The position numbers and the translations under genes were made by a program. From Octopus vulgaris (taxonomy: Eukaryota): a stretch of 64,000 bases of DNA. Shown here piece by piece: positions 25,832 through 38,690 of the stretch. Every line of letters starts with the position of its first letter. Position 1 is the stretch's first letter. The stretch covers positions 19,716,001-19,780,000 of the forward strand of contig OX597843.1 of the NCBI GenBank assembly GCA_951406725.2. Direction: 5' to 3'. The notes beneath the pieces were generated by a model, which saw only the letters and a list, made by a program, of their open reading frames with translations, was not told the origin of the DNA and made no database searches.

Positions 25832-26674
25832 TCTTTATATATAAAAGAAAGGTTGTGTGTCTGTCTACTCCGATTTAGATTCCTAACTACTCCCACATTT
25901 TGCGATGCAGTTTAACCAAACCGGGTATCTTATAGTCGTGATTCATATCGAGCCCTTCTGGGTATTAGCGCGCGTCTACGATGAGTCTACGATTTTACAA
26001 ATAATTTACCATCATTTTATCCCATTTTAATGCATTTTTTAAATAAACGGAAGTAACTCTCAAACTTCACACCAATATGCGTGCTCATATGCGACGTAAT
26101 ATCACATCAGCAGCATTTCCTCACACCCTCATTGCACTTGGCGAAGGCAAAATACCAGTGGATGAAAATGGTAATATTGCCATCGATTCCATTTGTACCA
26201 TTGTTAAGACGCCTTCTGATCTCAGAGATGCAGTGTTCCAAGATCTACAAGCTAATTATCAGAATATGGATTGAATTGGCCAAAAGGCTATACTGGCCCC
26301 AAGGAATAAAACTGTTCACCATATTAATGATGAAATGCTAAATCTCATTCCTGGTGAAGTCTATGTATATCAGTCTATCGATACAACTCCTGACCCAGAG
26401 GACGTCATCAACTATCCAATAGAGGTACTCAATTCCTTTGAGCACCCCGGACGACCACCACACATTCTCAAACTTAAAGTTGGTGCCCCTATAATGCTCA
26501 TCAGAAATTTGGTTCCCCCAAAACAATGCAATGGCACACGTTTGATCGTTAAGTCCTTATCTCCCAGCGTAAACTTATATCAATATTTGCCTGAATAATC
26601 ATCATTATTCAGTGCAATCATTAACAGTACTTTCAAGTAATTCATCCCCGAGCAACGCCGGGCAATTCTGCTAG
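25832..26674 (+). mobile_element. Non-autonomous Helitron with PIF1-type helicase remnant and both termini
   Basis: A|TC start at 25832; 3' hairpin cccgagcaacgccggg then CTAG|T at 26671-26674. Internal LTNMR...AILAPRNK...PPHILKLKVGAPIMLIRNL...CNGTRLIV with one stop. Confidence 0.9.
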
Positions 26675-27406
26675 TATATATATAAAAGAGGCTTTGGGTC
26701 AAAATTGTGTGCACGTTTTGCTACGTCAGAGGTTGGCGGCCACACCAGTGGTCAGATCGAGCTGAAAATTGACACAGGCATAGAAGGCGTGATGAGTTGA
26801 GTAGGTTAAAACTAACCATCTGGAAAGATGCGGTTGCTATAGGGAGAAGATTCAAGGGGGCTCTAAGCCCCTCCTGATTGGCGCGATTGGCATCTAATCC
26901 TATCTATAAAATGAAGAAGGCGAATGTAGACACAGATTGGATTTTTATGTAAAAAGGGGTCTAAATGGGGCTGGAAGGGGATTTATATTTACAGTAGAGG
27001 GTAACTTGAGGGGGAAAATTTATTGGGAGACGTTTTGTGGCGCTACAGTGGTTGCTTTGGTGTGAAAACTGGGATTTTATTGATTTTGGGGCACACTTGG
27101 TGGTCTAGATCGAACACCTTTTGCCCGATTTCAATCAAATTTTCAACAAGGTAAAGTGGAAGCGGATTTGTAATTTAAACGCGAAAATCTAATTTTTTTT
27201 ATAAATGGCAGAGAAATAGATAGAGAGAGACAAAGAGTAAGAGTAAGTGAGGGAAAGTCCAAGAGAAAGGAAGAGCAAGAGAGTGGGAAAATGAGAAATG
27301 ATAGAGAAACAAAGAGGGTGAATGTGGCGATAAGAAACAGAAAGGAAGCAACAGAATGTAACAACCACAACCTCATCCGGGCGTAGAGCGGGTGACCTTA
27401 AGATAG
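26675..27406 (+). mobile_element. Second putative non-autonomous Helitron in tandem
   Basis: Starts tatatataaaagag right after the CTAG; ends in GC-rich ccgggcgtagagcggg followed by ATAG-T (degenerate CTAG). Confidence 0.4.
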
Positions 27407-29039
27407 TATATAGATCAAATTAAGCAACAGAACATCAAGTAATAATGCAGTCTGAACGTTTCAAGCAGCTCCATTTAATTGAACAATGCAATCATTACCT
27501 TAATTTAAATATAGAACTATCTTCGGCTGTACAAAATACAGAATTTTTTTTAACAAGTAGGACACATTGATATAATTTTTCTTCAACATTTTAAGAGAGT
27601 AAGAAGTTAGAGGAAATTCATATTATCGTTTTTGTAGCAGAGTGTCTAAGAATAGACTACACATTCTTAGAATCGCATGAGGCATAGTGGAGTATTTTAT
27701 GGTTACCAGGGTTTGTAATTCATTTCTAATTTATTTATCTCTTTATCACCCGATAAAACAAAAACTAGATGACTGTGTCTCTTTTGAGTAAAGAACAAAA
27801 GTTGTCAGCTCACGGCCTGGTCACAAATAATTTCATAAGTATCCCTTTTCCTCAAGAGAAAGGAAGTAAGTAAGAGATTGGGAATAGTTAGATTGATGGA
27901 AGTAAGTGTCTTTGAAAATAAAGGCAGGATAGGGGTGAACTAGGAAACATGATGTCCATTACCAGTTAAAGGGGCAAGATACTAAGAGACTTAAGATACA
28001 AATACAGGGAATTTATTAGGGGCACGACGGGGGGACGTTTATAAACAGTATTGATATGATGCACAAAAATAAAATATAAGAATTCCAAATATCATAAGTA
28101 AAATAGCTAAAAGGTGTGCATGTATCTAAGTGTAAAGATAAAATTAAGCAGCAATGTCGATAAAAATTAGTCAGCAACGACTGCGCAAAATATTGTGTCC
28201 CATAAGACTTGAACCTACACCCTCTCCACCCTATTCAAATGAGACGAACTAAGGTCAAATACCCAGTGCCAATAATGGTCGTAGGTTCGCGAATGTGGGA
28301 GCACCACGATCTCAAGTGCAAGTGATCCCCAAATTGTTCAATGCTATTGCAGTGACGTCATCTTGGAAATCTCCAGCACGCATGCGCAGGGTTGGAGTCT
28401 TTCGGGAGACCTGTCAGAAGTTTACTCATGCGCATGCGCCAGCAGCTGAACAAGACAGGCGTGTTTTATCAGCTCTCTCAAGCTGCTACCTCGTGGCGTA
28501 TCTCCGCTATGCTTGAACGGAGAGGATTTGGCTCACTCCACTTGACTACTGCGATAAGCTCCTAGGCTGCCGATTCACCCAGAGGAAGAAATGTATATAT
28601 TGCGAATCAAGAAATAAATATTTATACTGTTGAAGTTAATCGGAATTCTTGACTCTTTCCTTCGATTAATCGAATTTAATGTAAAGGATGCGAGCTGCAC
28701 TCATCCAGTGCGGGGACCTCTCATCCTCTTACACTATTTTCGGCACATCCAGTTTTATAGCGAAATATCGTCTTAGAAACATGCTTTTAAATGTGAAGGT
28801 TGCTTCCTTCCCAGTGGGAAGCCCAGAATTTCTGAGGGACATGCACCTAGGTTCTTCTGTCCTAAAAGGTCTTATTTCCAGTTCTGCTGACTTTCTAGGA
28901 ACACAACCTCCCCAGGCATCACCGAGTTGACGGCAACTAAACCGGTTCACACATACACACACGCATGCATAGATACATACACACACGTACATACATGCAT
29001 GCATACATACACACACGTACATACATACACAGACGCATG

Positions 29040-29086
<47 letters not shown>

Positions 29087-29389
29087 ACAAAACATATATA
29101 CTTTCATATACACATACCTAAACACAAAAACAAAGGGGCAGCGGGTTAACATCGATCCAGATTGCCTGTCAATGTCGCATCGTATCCCTTGGGCAACATT
29201 TTGTAACCAGCAAGAGTCGAAGTGCATCCCTTGACCCAGTTTGCACATATGAGGCTGTAAACATCATAGGACTTGGAAGGCAGCTCTTTGAGCAACATTC
29301 CTTGTCCGATAACCTTAAATACATGTCCAAAGAAGTCGCACGACTCTACTGCAATCTATCATCACATGAATGGATGAGCTGATATGAGC

Positions 29390-30190
29390 AGAAGACATTG
29401 CGTGGATATGTTAGTAGAAAGCTCCAAGATAAGGTGACAGTAATGTTGATCCACAAAGCAATCTATCATGGACCAGTGGCGGAATTACTAGCTTCCACTT
29501 CGCAGGGTATGTGATTGCAATCCACGAACAGGAAATATCAACCAAATGCCTGATGAACGAAAGGGAAAGAGATGCAGGGAAAGCAGTAAAATGACAACCG
29601 ATGCCGACTTCGTAGAGTAAACACCGAAGATATCAACCACATCATAAGCAGTTGTCCAAAAATGTCATCACAGTATTATCTAGTGTTGAGAAATGATGTT
29701 GTATCTCGGACACCCAATAATAAAAATCCGTCGGAAGTATAACCCCGAGGAGAAAGAAGAACCCACACTATGGTAGAAGCCATAGCCACTCAAAATAAAA
29801 AGGAGTACGAGTGGAATGTTCCAGTGAATACCTCAATAAAATGTAAGAAGAACGGACCTGATATAATGATCTGGGATAGAAAAGGGAAACCAAACAGTTG
29901 TGGAAATTAGCTGCTCAGCGGATGTTAACATAAAGCTGAAGATCAGTGAAAATGAGAACGCCTATGCTGGAGTATTGAGAAATCTGCAGTTACTCTGTCC
30001 AGATTACAAGTTCAGGTTTATACCTGTAAATATAGGGTCCCTAGGATATGAAACGCACTGCCTAAATACCAATCTTGAGAAATTCGGCTTCTCAAAAGAA
30101 GAAAAGAGAAAGCTGATTCGAAGAGAATAGATCCAGTCCATTACTGAAACTGTAAGAATCTGTAAACTTTCCAGAAGTTTATTATTTAAA
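29390..30190 (+). mobile_element. Decayed RLE-type non-LTR retrotransposon 3' region (R4-like)
   Basis: IAIHEQEISTK, EDINHIISSC (CCHC remnant), RPDIMIWDRK, VEISC, FIPVNIGSLG; stops and frameshifts. Confidence 0.7.
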
Positions 30191-31386
30191 TATATATGAG
30201 CATGTTAAGATATACAACTATATGCATGAGAATATATACATAAAACATACAAATCTGTACACATATACATACAAACAAAAATACTCTGTTGCTGATGTTG
30301 AACTTCCTATGAAGGAACCTTAGATCTAGGTTAGAAACCGGCGCTTTCCCTATTGGAAAGACATCAAGAAATAATATCATGGCATATAAATACGTTGCCA
30401 TACTCAGTGCCCCGATCCATCATTCAGTGAGATATCCAAGTGCTAGATTTCTTCTATTGAATATCTTTAGAGCAGAACAAAAAAGATTTCTTTGATATTT
30501 GACAAAACTGCAAACATCATTTTTGCAAAATCAATAACGTTTCTAAAATTTTAAAATTTTATTTATAGCATTTATGTTTCACTTTGTTTAGGGATAAACA
30601 TTTATTGTATTCAAATCAAAATTAAAAGTAATTTTTTGTTTTTCGGATTTTAATGTAAAATACGATAATTCCACAGAAATATTTCTTTATTTAACAAATT
30701 ATAACCTAGATTATTGCTTAAAATACTGTATTTATATGTAATCTATAAAAATATATCAAATATATAGTCGTTTCAAATTTAATATGATGTTTCAGTCATA
30801 TAATGTCATGCTATAACTTATAGAAGTCGAAATTTTACAACATTAAAATTAAGTTTATCAAATCGCATAACCAAGTTGTTAAAGACTTTCTAGCCATGGC
30901 CTTCTCATATGTATCCATTATCTAATATGTTTAATTCACGCAGTTATTTGGAGACACCATCGTTGGTTTGTAATAAAGTTTGTTATAATTCCAGACAATG
31001 TTCAATAATTCTCTGACAAATAATATCCGAGATAGAGAGAAAACATATTTCGTGCATTCCACATTAAAATGTTCATGTAGGATAAAGGTGTGGTGAGAGA
31101 AAAATATATATCTTGTCATGAAATTGTTTGATATTTAAACAGTTCTTGTTTATTTCAACATATATATACAAATTATATTTCCAGAACAATTACATTTATA
31201 TTCAAAGTTTAATATAAAAATGAAAATCAGTTTTAAAATTTCGTTGATTGAAAGAAGGAAGATGTCGTTGCGATGTCGGACACAATAACTTGTAGCATTT
31301 ATTCTCTCTGTACGATCTGAGATCAAATCCTGGTGAGGCCAACATTGCGTTGTTTTATCTTTCAGGGTCTTGCTAAATAGAATAAT

Positions 31387-31772
31387 GTGTGGAGGCGCAA
31401 TGGCCCAGCGGTTAGGGCAGCGGACTCGCGGTCGTAGGATCGCGGTTTCGATTCCCAGACCGGGCGTTGCGAGTGTTTATTGAGCGAAAACACCTAAAGC
31501 TCCACGAGCTCCGGCAGGGATGGTGGTGATCCCTGCTGTACTCTTTCTCCACAACTTTCTCTCACTCTTACTTCCTATTTCTGTTGTACCTGTATTTCAA
31601 AGGGCCGGCCTTGTCACTCTCTGTGTCACGCTGAATATCCCCGAGGACTACGTTAAGGGTACACGTGTCTGTGGAGTGCTCAGCCACTTACACGTTAATT
31701 TCACGAGCAGGCTGTTCCGTTGATTCGGATCAACCGGAACCCTCGTCGTCGTAACCGACGGAGTGCTTCCCC
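31387..31772 (+). mobile_element. Full-length tRNA-derived SINE with 12-bp TSD
   Basis: A box TGGCCCAGCGG, B box GGTTTCGATTCC; TSD aaatagaataat at 31375-31386 and 31773-31784. Partial copies at about 37311, 45178, 47726 and 48880 (-). Confidence 0.9.
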
Positions 31773-32483
31773 AAATAGAATAATAATCTAAGGGGGTGAA
31801 CTTATGGAATATCTAGACATTGGCCAAGATGCCTCTCAGCATTTAATCTTTGTTTCATTGGTGTTCTGAGTTCAAATCCCGCTGTGGCCTACCCGTGTAG
31901 TAAACTTAACCTAACCCTTATTCTAACACTACCACTTGGCCCTTGGGGGTCACTTTAGCAGAGGATTTTCTTGTGGTATGTATCCATGTTAGGTATTTTG
32001 TGTTGAGGCTATCTTCCAGCCACTCATCATCCAGAGACACTGAGGAAAAAAGTTGGTTCACAGGCAGGACCCTTCTCACCCTCTCAAAGTGTATAAAATA
32101 ATGAAGTTTAGGAAGAAGAACCGATTAATTTTACTGACATAAAATAAATTTACAAACTTTAAATTTCACTTTATTAATAGAAATCCTGTGTAAACTACCA
32201 AAAGTAATGTATTATCAGATGAACATTTTCATTCCTTTAGTTTCCCTTAAAGAGTGTTTACATAGTGATAACCAAACTATGTTTTAGATTTCGGAAATAT
32301 AAATAAAAAAGTTTTACTTGTGACACTGTAAAATGTTTTCCCACTTTTTAGTCGATAAAACACAAAACTAATTCCAATATAAAAGTATATTTATATTTGA
32401 ATTAGTTATAATGAATGTTTTTACAAGGTAAATGTGTTAGGAAATTGTATGTTAATTATAAGAAACATGACAGTAATATTTAC

Positions 32484-32561
32484 CAGGGTTATAATCAGGT
32501 TTCAATTTCAGTCTGAAGTTCTTCTGTCTCAGGAGAGAGTCCCGTCTTTGCAAATTCAGTT
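32484..32561 (-). CDS. Candidate upstream exon of the adhesion GPCR-like gene
   Basis: TTTTTTAG acceptor, G|GTAAAT donor, 78 nt, open in phase 1-1 (LNLQRRDSLLRQKNFRLKLKPDYNP). No recognisable domain. Confidence 0.3.
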
Positions 32562-33394
32562 CTAAAAAAGGCAAAAGCTTCTGTGAAATTTATTATATAC
32601 TATACACGGGTGGCGATTATGTCCTCATGTATGTGGTTCTATGTTTTAGTGTGTGTACGTGTTTGTGTGTTTATGCTGCAGTATGTATATGTTGTAGTGT
32701 ATATATATATGTGTGTGTGTGTGTTAGTCGTTTACATAAGGAAACTAATCTCACAAACTGAATGTTATATTTCTCTCCCCACCCCCAATTACACTTTCTT
32801 TCTTTCTCTCTTAGATGACGTCAACTCCATCACCGCCACCGCCACCTCCACCTCTTAAATTGACCTCTTTCTCTACAAACAACATTCAACGCTTCTCATG
32901 AATGCTTTTTGAGGCGTTTTGCTTCCTTCCAGACACACACACACACACACACACAAACACATACACACGTATATATATATATATACATAATTGTAAATAC
33001 ATACGTAATGCATACATACAAACGTTCTTATATATACACATATCCATACACATAAAAACATATATAAACATACATACATACATACACAGACATCTTCAAC
33101 TCCATCATTTTCGGAAGATTTATTTCTAAAATCGACTTTTCTCTGTTAAACCTGTTTACACACAAAACCCTCACAACACACTCACACACACACACACACA
33201 CACACAAACACAAACACAAACCCTCACAACACACACACAAACACAAAACCCTCACAACACACACACAAACACGCACACGCACACATGCACGCACACTCAT
33301 AGTTAATGTTTTGTCCTGTGCTGACCATGATGACTTCCTTGATGCAAAACCTTTGTGGTCAATAAAGAAATCATCATCATCATCATCATCATCG

Positions 33395-33452
<58 letters not shown>

Positions 33453-33677
33453 TAAAATAAAGCAGCGAGCTGGCAGAGCGTTAGCACGCCGGGCGAAATT
33501 CTTAAGCGGTATTCCGTCCGTCTTTAAGTTCAGAGTTCAAATTCCGTCAAGATTGACATTGCTTTCATCCTTTCGGGGTCGATAAATGATGTACCAGTTG
33601 CGTACTAGGGTCGATGTAATCGACTGTTCGGCTCCCGCCAAGTTTCAGGTATTGTGTCTATAGGACAAAGGAAGGAG

Positions 33678-35996
33678 AGGTGTGCAGCCTTTCAACAGTT
33701 CTTTACTCGACTGTCAGGACGAGTGGTAGGACGCATAGCAGGGCAGACTTCGGTGTCCACCTGGTGGGCCTCCCGCGACACTCGGCGAGCGAGGCGGAGG
33801 GCTGCGAAAGGCCAATAACAGCCGCAGAAATACAGGAAGCGATGAACAGTTGCGTGAGAAGCAGATCGCCGGGTTTGGATGCCCTGCGTGCTTTATATTT
33901 CGATGCCAGACTTGTTTTCGCGCCTCCTAGCAGACGTCTACCGCAAGTGGCAACAAAATGAGAGAATTCCCCACTTTTGTGAATCGATGGGCGTTGGCAC
34001 TACTGAGGAAGGACCCAAACAAGGAGAACGTTATAGAGAATTTCAGTTCCATCAGTCTGCTCACTTCAGAGCTGAAGATTTTGGCCAAGGTGTTAGCCAA
34101 GAGATCGGCGCTTGTCGTAGACAAGCTGATTGGTGAGGCGCAGATATGTACCATTCCAACCAGGACTATCCCGACAACCTCTACCTGATGCACTTCATCA
34201 TAGAAATGGTGGGTAACGAAACTGACATGGGCAGGGCTTTGATGAATTTAGATCAAGCTAAAGCCTTCGATAGGGTCAAGCATCAATATTTGGCAGCTGA
34301 TCTCAAGGCGGCCGGTTTCGGTCCGATTTTCTGCGGTTGGATCGCTGCTTCGTATAGCGACATCTGCTCGATTGCTTGGGAGAATGGTCACCTAATAGAA
34401 CCATTCATTGTATTGCGCTCGGTCCGTCAAGGGTGACATCTTTCCTCCCATTTGTATGTACTGATTCTTGAGCCACTACAGCGGAAGTTGGAGGCATTGA
34501 GAGATAACCTGCGTAATCTAGGATATGGGAGAAGCGTGCCTGATTATCTTGATGATGTCGCCGTGATAGTGTCGAGCCACAGGCACGCAAACCGGATAGG
34601 AAACACACTAAAAGCATATGAAGCAGAGACAGGAGCAAAAGTTAATGCGGAAAACTCAGTTGGCTTGCAACTCGGCACCTGGGGAGGCAAACCCATGTCG
34701 TTTAACAGCGTTGTGGGGCACTGGCAGATGGTCCGATGAAATTGCTCAAAGCCTGGTTCGGTGCAGACCTTATGTGGAGAACAATTGGGACGAAGTGACA
34801 AACAGGGTGGCCAATCGCACCCAGAAGTGGGCCGAGAGGAAACTACCCCTGAAAGGTCGAGCCGAGATGGCGAATGAGTACATCGCATCCGTCATCAACT
34901 ACCGCTTGACTGTCGTCCCTTGCCTCGTTTTCTGGCTGACCCAGCTACTGCACTTACAATTTCGCTTTCTGTGGAAGGGTGACGTTCAACTGGTCAAGCG
35001 CGTCATCTGCTGTCAACGACCGCTGAACAGGAGCCTGGGCATGCCGTGGCTGCTGATGCGAAGACATGTGCTCAGGCGACGGCTTCTCCAGTGTTACCTT
35101 GACGGTAAACAGGTGTGGTCATTGTTTGTCAGTCACACCTCCACAGCTCGTCTCTTTGACTGAGCTGCAATCCCGGACCAGGCGTAGACATAGTAGGGTA
35201 GCATGCCACCTTGAGTACTGTCAAGCTCTCACAGCCCTTCACCAGGCGAGGTAAATTGCGAGGACCTTCTCGGGGAAATTCTGGGTTTTGACGGAGATCA
35301 ATTCACCGGTCTGTTCCGGAGGACTTTCGGGCCGGGGCCTATAGATAACATTCAGAAATCCCTCACCTAACAATGCCACCCATGGGGCGCTACCCGTTCC
35401 AGACAAACTTTACCTGCATGGAAGTGCCGTCAGCCAGGCCTGTCGAGGTGCGCGCATAGCGACGAAACCGTTCAGCATGCCCTCAACCAGTGCCCGAGCA
35501 TTGCTGACCTGTGGGTTTATGCCGAACACCTGTAGTCACGTGTAGGACGGGTTTGGCTATTAGCTGAATCCCTCGTGAAGATTGCCCCGCCGCCTTCAAT
35601 TGGTTGGGAGGAACAGGCAACTTTCATGTGTATGGTGGCTGTAGCAAAAGAGGTAGTATGGTGGACTCGATTGAAAGAGCTAAAGTTGAACACTTTCCTC
35701 TTTGGCCAAGCCCTCATCAACTTTTTCAATTTTCAATTGAAAAGGAAAGTGAGGGTGGAGAGGGAAGTGTTGCCTTCTAGCAAGTTCATTGAAAGGTGGG
35801 TGAATATTGGAAGAATGGTCAGTGTGAAAGGACCTGTTCTGAGAATACACCTGCGAGTATTATATTGCTTAATTCTTTTTTTTTTTTGTATTTCTCCACG
35901 CAGAAAACCCTTTGCATCATCTTGTGTTGTCTTTTATGCTATCGCATGCCCTTTTATGTATATTTATATTAGCCCTTGTGTCCAACGAAATAATAA
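33678..35996 (+). mobile_element. 5'-truncated Tx1/L1-like LINE (RT and 3' end)
   Basis: PITAAEI...SPGLD, ISLL..ELKILAKVLAKR, LDQAKAFDRV, SVRQG, YLDDV, LPLKGR motifs across frameshifts. Ends at AATAAA and (TTA)n. Confidence 0.85.
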
Positions 35997-36003
35997 ATTA
36001 TTA

Positions 36004-36410
<407 letters not shown>

Positions 36411-36424
36411 ATTATTATTATTAC

Positions 36425-36494
<70 letters not shown>

Positions 36495-36711
36495 ATTATC
36501 ATTATTACTATTATGATTATTATTGACAAATAAAAAGAAGAGTGTCATATCATGTGAAATTGGTTCAACGATATTTCGGTATCGAGCGTTGCCTTCCACA
36601 GGTTCAAGAATTACATGTGAGTCTAATTCAGTTTTTGTTAAGACTTTATAGGACCAACGTAACTCATCCAGAAGTTATACACAAATAATCAGAAGAGTTC
36701 CATATCTTCTA

Positions 36712-36751
<40 letters not shown>

Positions 36752-37020
36752 AACACATCGGACGTGTTTTCGAACTCTCCAAATAAGTTCATTTCAAAAT
36801 ATTTATTTACACCAGGATTTGTGTCTTTTTGCAATGATTATTATATTCCAAGTTGGGAATAGAAGCACCAGGAACGTATTACTGGTTTTCTATGGTTGTG
36901 TAGCCTCCAGAAGAACTGTTTTCAACCCACCAAATACATTCGGTATTTAATGGAATCAATACAGCTCAAAAAGATGGCGGGGCGCCTCTTGAAAGAGTTG
37001 AAGAAAAGTAAAAAAAACAC

Positions 37021-37163
37021 TCCTACCAATATGGAATTGGGTTAGCAAAAGCAAAACAAATAGTCCTACCAATATGGAATTGGGTTAGCAAAAGCAAAAC
37101 AAATAGTCCTACCAATATGGAATTGGGTTAGCAAAAGCAAAACAAATAGTCCTACCAATATGG
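37021..37163. repeat. Perfect 43-bp tandem repeat x3.3
   Basis: tcctaccaatatggaattgggttagcaaaagcaaaacaaatag, three identical copies plus a partial copy. Confidence 0.97.
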
Positions 37164-37846
37164 TAATAGATGAAGACTTCCCTCCCCTTCCCTCGGTCCC
37201 GGGCAACAATAATGGGGAAGGGGAGGAGGAGAAGTAGAAGACTGTCAACGCACAGTAACAACAATAGTAGCAGAAACACTAACAGCGGCCGAAATGACAA
37301 CAGCAGCAGTGGAGGCGCAATGGCCCAGTGGTTAGGGCAGCGGACTCGCGGTCGTAAGAACGCGGTTTCGATTCCTATTGTGAGTGTTTATTGAGCTCCG
37401 GTGGGTGGTGGTGGTGAACCCCGCTGTACTCTTTCTCTCACTCTTTCTTCCTACATCTGCCACAAATCAGAGGAACCATGGTGTAACCCACCATGGTGTG
37501 GTAAAATCTCAGACCCTAGTCTAGATTGCGAACCCTCTGTACCCCAGGATGGTTCAGCTCCCCACCCGTTAAAAGCCACCGCTTACGGAATGAGGATAGC
37601 AATGTAGCTTTCGCGCCCGTGCAACCGTGTGGTGGGTGGATCTTCAACTTGCCACACGCATTCTTAGTAGCTTAGAGTAGGTTCGAATTGTGTCTAATGG
37701 CGTGAGTCCTGATTGGAAGAAGAAGAAGAAGACAACAGCAGCAGCAGACGCAGCAGCAGCAGTAGTAGTGGTGGTGGTGTTGGTGGTGGTGGTGGTGGTG
37801 GTTGTGGTGTTAGTAGTAGTAGTAGTAGTAGTATTAGTATTAGTAT

Positions 37847-37911
<65 letters not shown>

Positions 37912-38157
37912 ATATTGAGAGCAGCAACATCTACGACCGTGGCAATGACGATAACAACAACAATGGCAACAACAACAACGAGAATAAGTGACGACATCAA
38001 CAACAACAACAAAGCAAATACCAACATCGATAAGAAGGGCAACAAGAACGGCAGCAGCATCAGTTACAACAACAAAAACAACAACGAAAACAATACAAAC
38101 AAAAATATCAAAATACTGCTTCGCAGCAGCAGCAGCAGCCGGGACCGAGCAGCGATC

Positions 38158-38690
38158 TGTGTTTTAAGTGTGATTCTGAGGCTGACACCATGGCACGTGC
38201 TATCGGTGTCAGCCTGAGAATTACACTTAAAACACATATTTTTAAGTTTGACAACAAACTGTATAGGCAGACGAAAGGCGGTGCTATTGGAGTAGGGATC
38301 GCTTGTGACGTTGCAAACCTATTCTGAGGCTGACACCATGGCACGTGCCTAGTGCTATCGGTGTCAGCCTGAGAATTACACTTAAAACACATATTTTTAA
38401 CCTTGTCAACAAACTGTTATAATACAGACACAGTTATGGGCCCTCTACCAAGTGAAGAACAGGTGACGACATCTATACAACACATAGCTGACTGACTATC
38501 CACAGCAGTATAAAAGTTACCATAGACAACCCCTCTAAACACCCCAGTAAGCGATTACCCGTCCTAGATACTGAGCTATGGATAGAAGATGCTATGGTTA
38601 ATGGAACCATTAAACCCTGTATACTCCACTCACACTATCAGAAACCGATGGCTAATCCACTAGTAATCCGTAGTGACTCAGCCTATTATA
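38158..38690 (+). mobile_element. Penelope-like element RT fragments with fold-back 5' end and 148-bp duplication
   Basis: LRITLKTHIFKFDNKLYRQTKGGAIGVGIACDVANLF (PLE F.F....Y.Q..G.AMG...ANLF motif) and DNPSKHPSKRLPVLDTELW...HYQKPMANPLVIRSDSA (thumb region). Confidence 0.8.

Noticed and set aside
26077-26598. Host PIF1 helicase gene
   Set aside because: Intronless fragment with a stop, bounded by Helitron termini.
30940-31015. Possible minus-strand exon ELLNIVWNYNKLYYKPTMVSPNNC
   Set aside because: Weak splice signals and no recognisable motif.
31390-31470. tRNA genes (also 20491, 37311, 47726)
   Set aside because: A/B boxes are present but there is no full cloverleaf; they continue into SINE bodies, one with a TSD.
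37021-37163. CRISPR-like 43-bp repeats
   Set aside because: Head-to-tail with no spacers, eukaryotic context, no cas genes.
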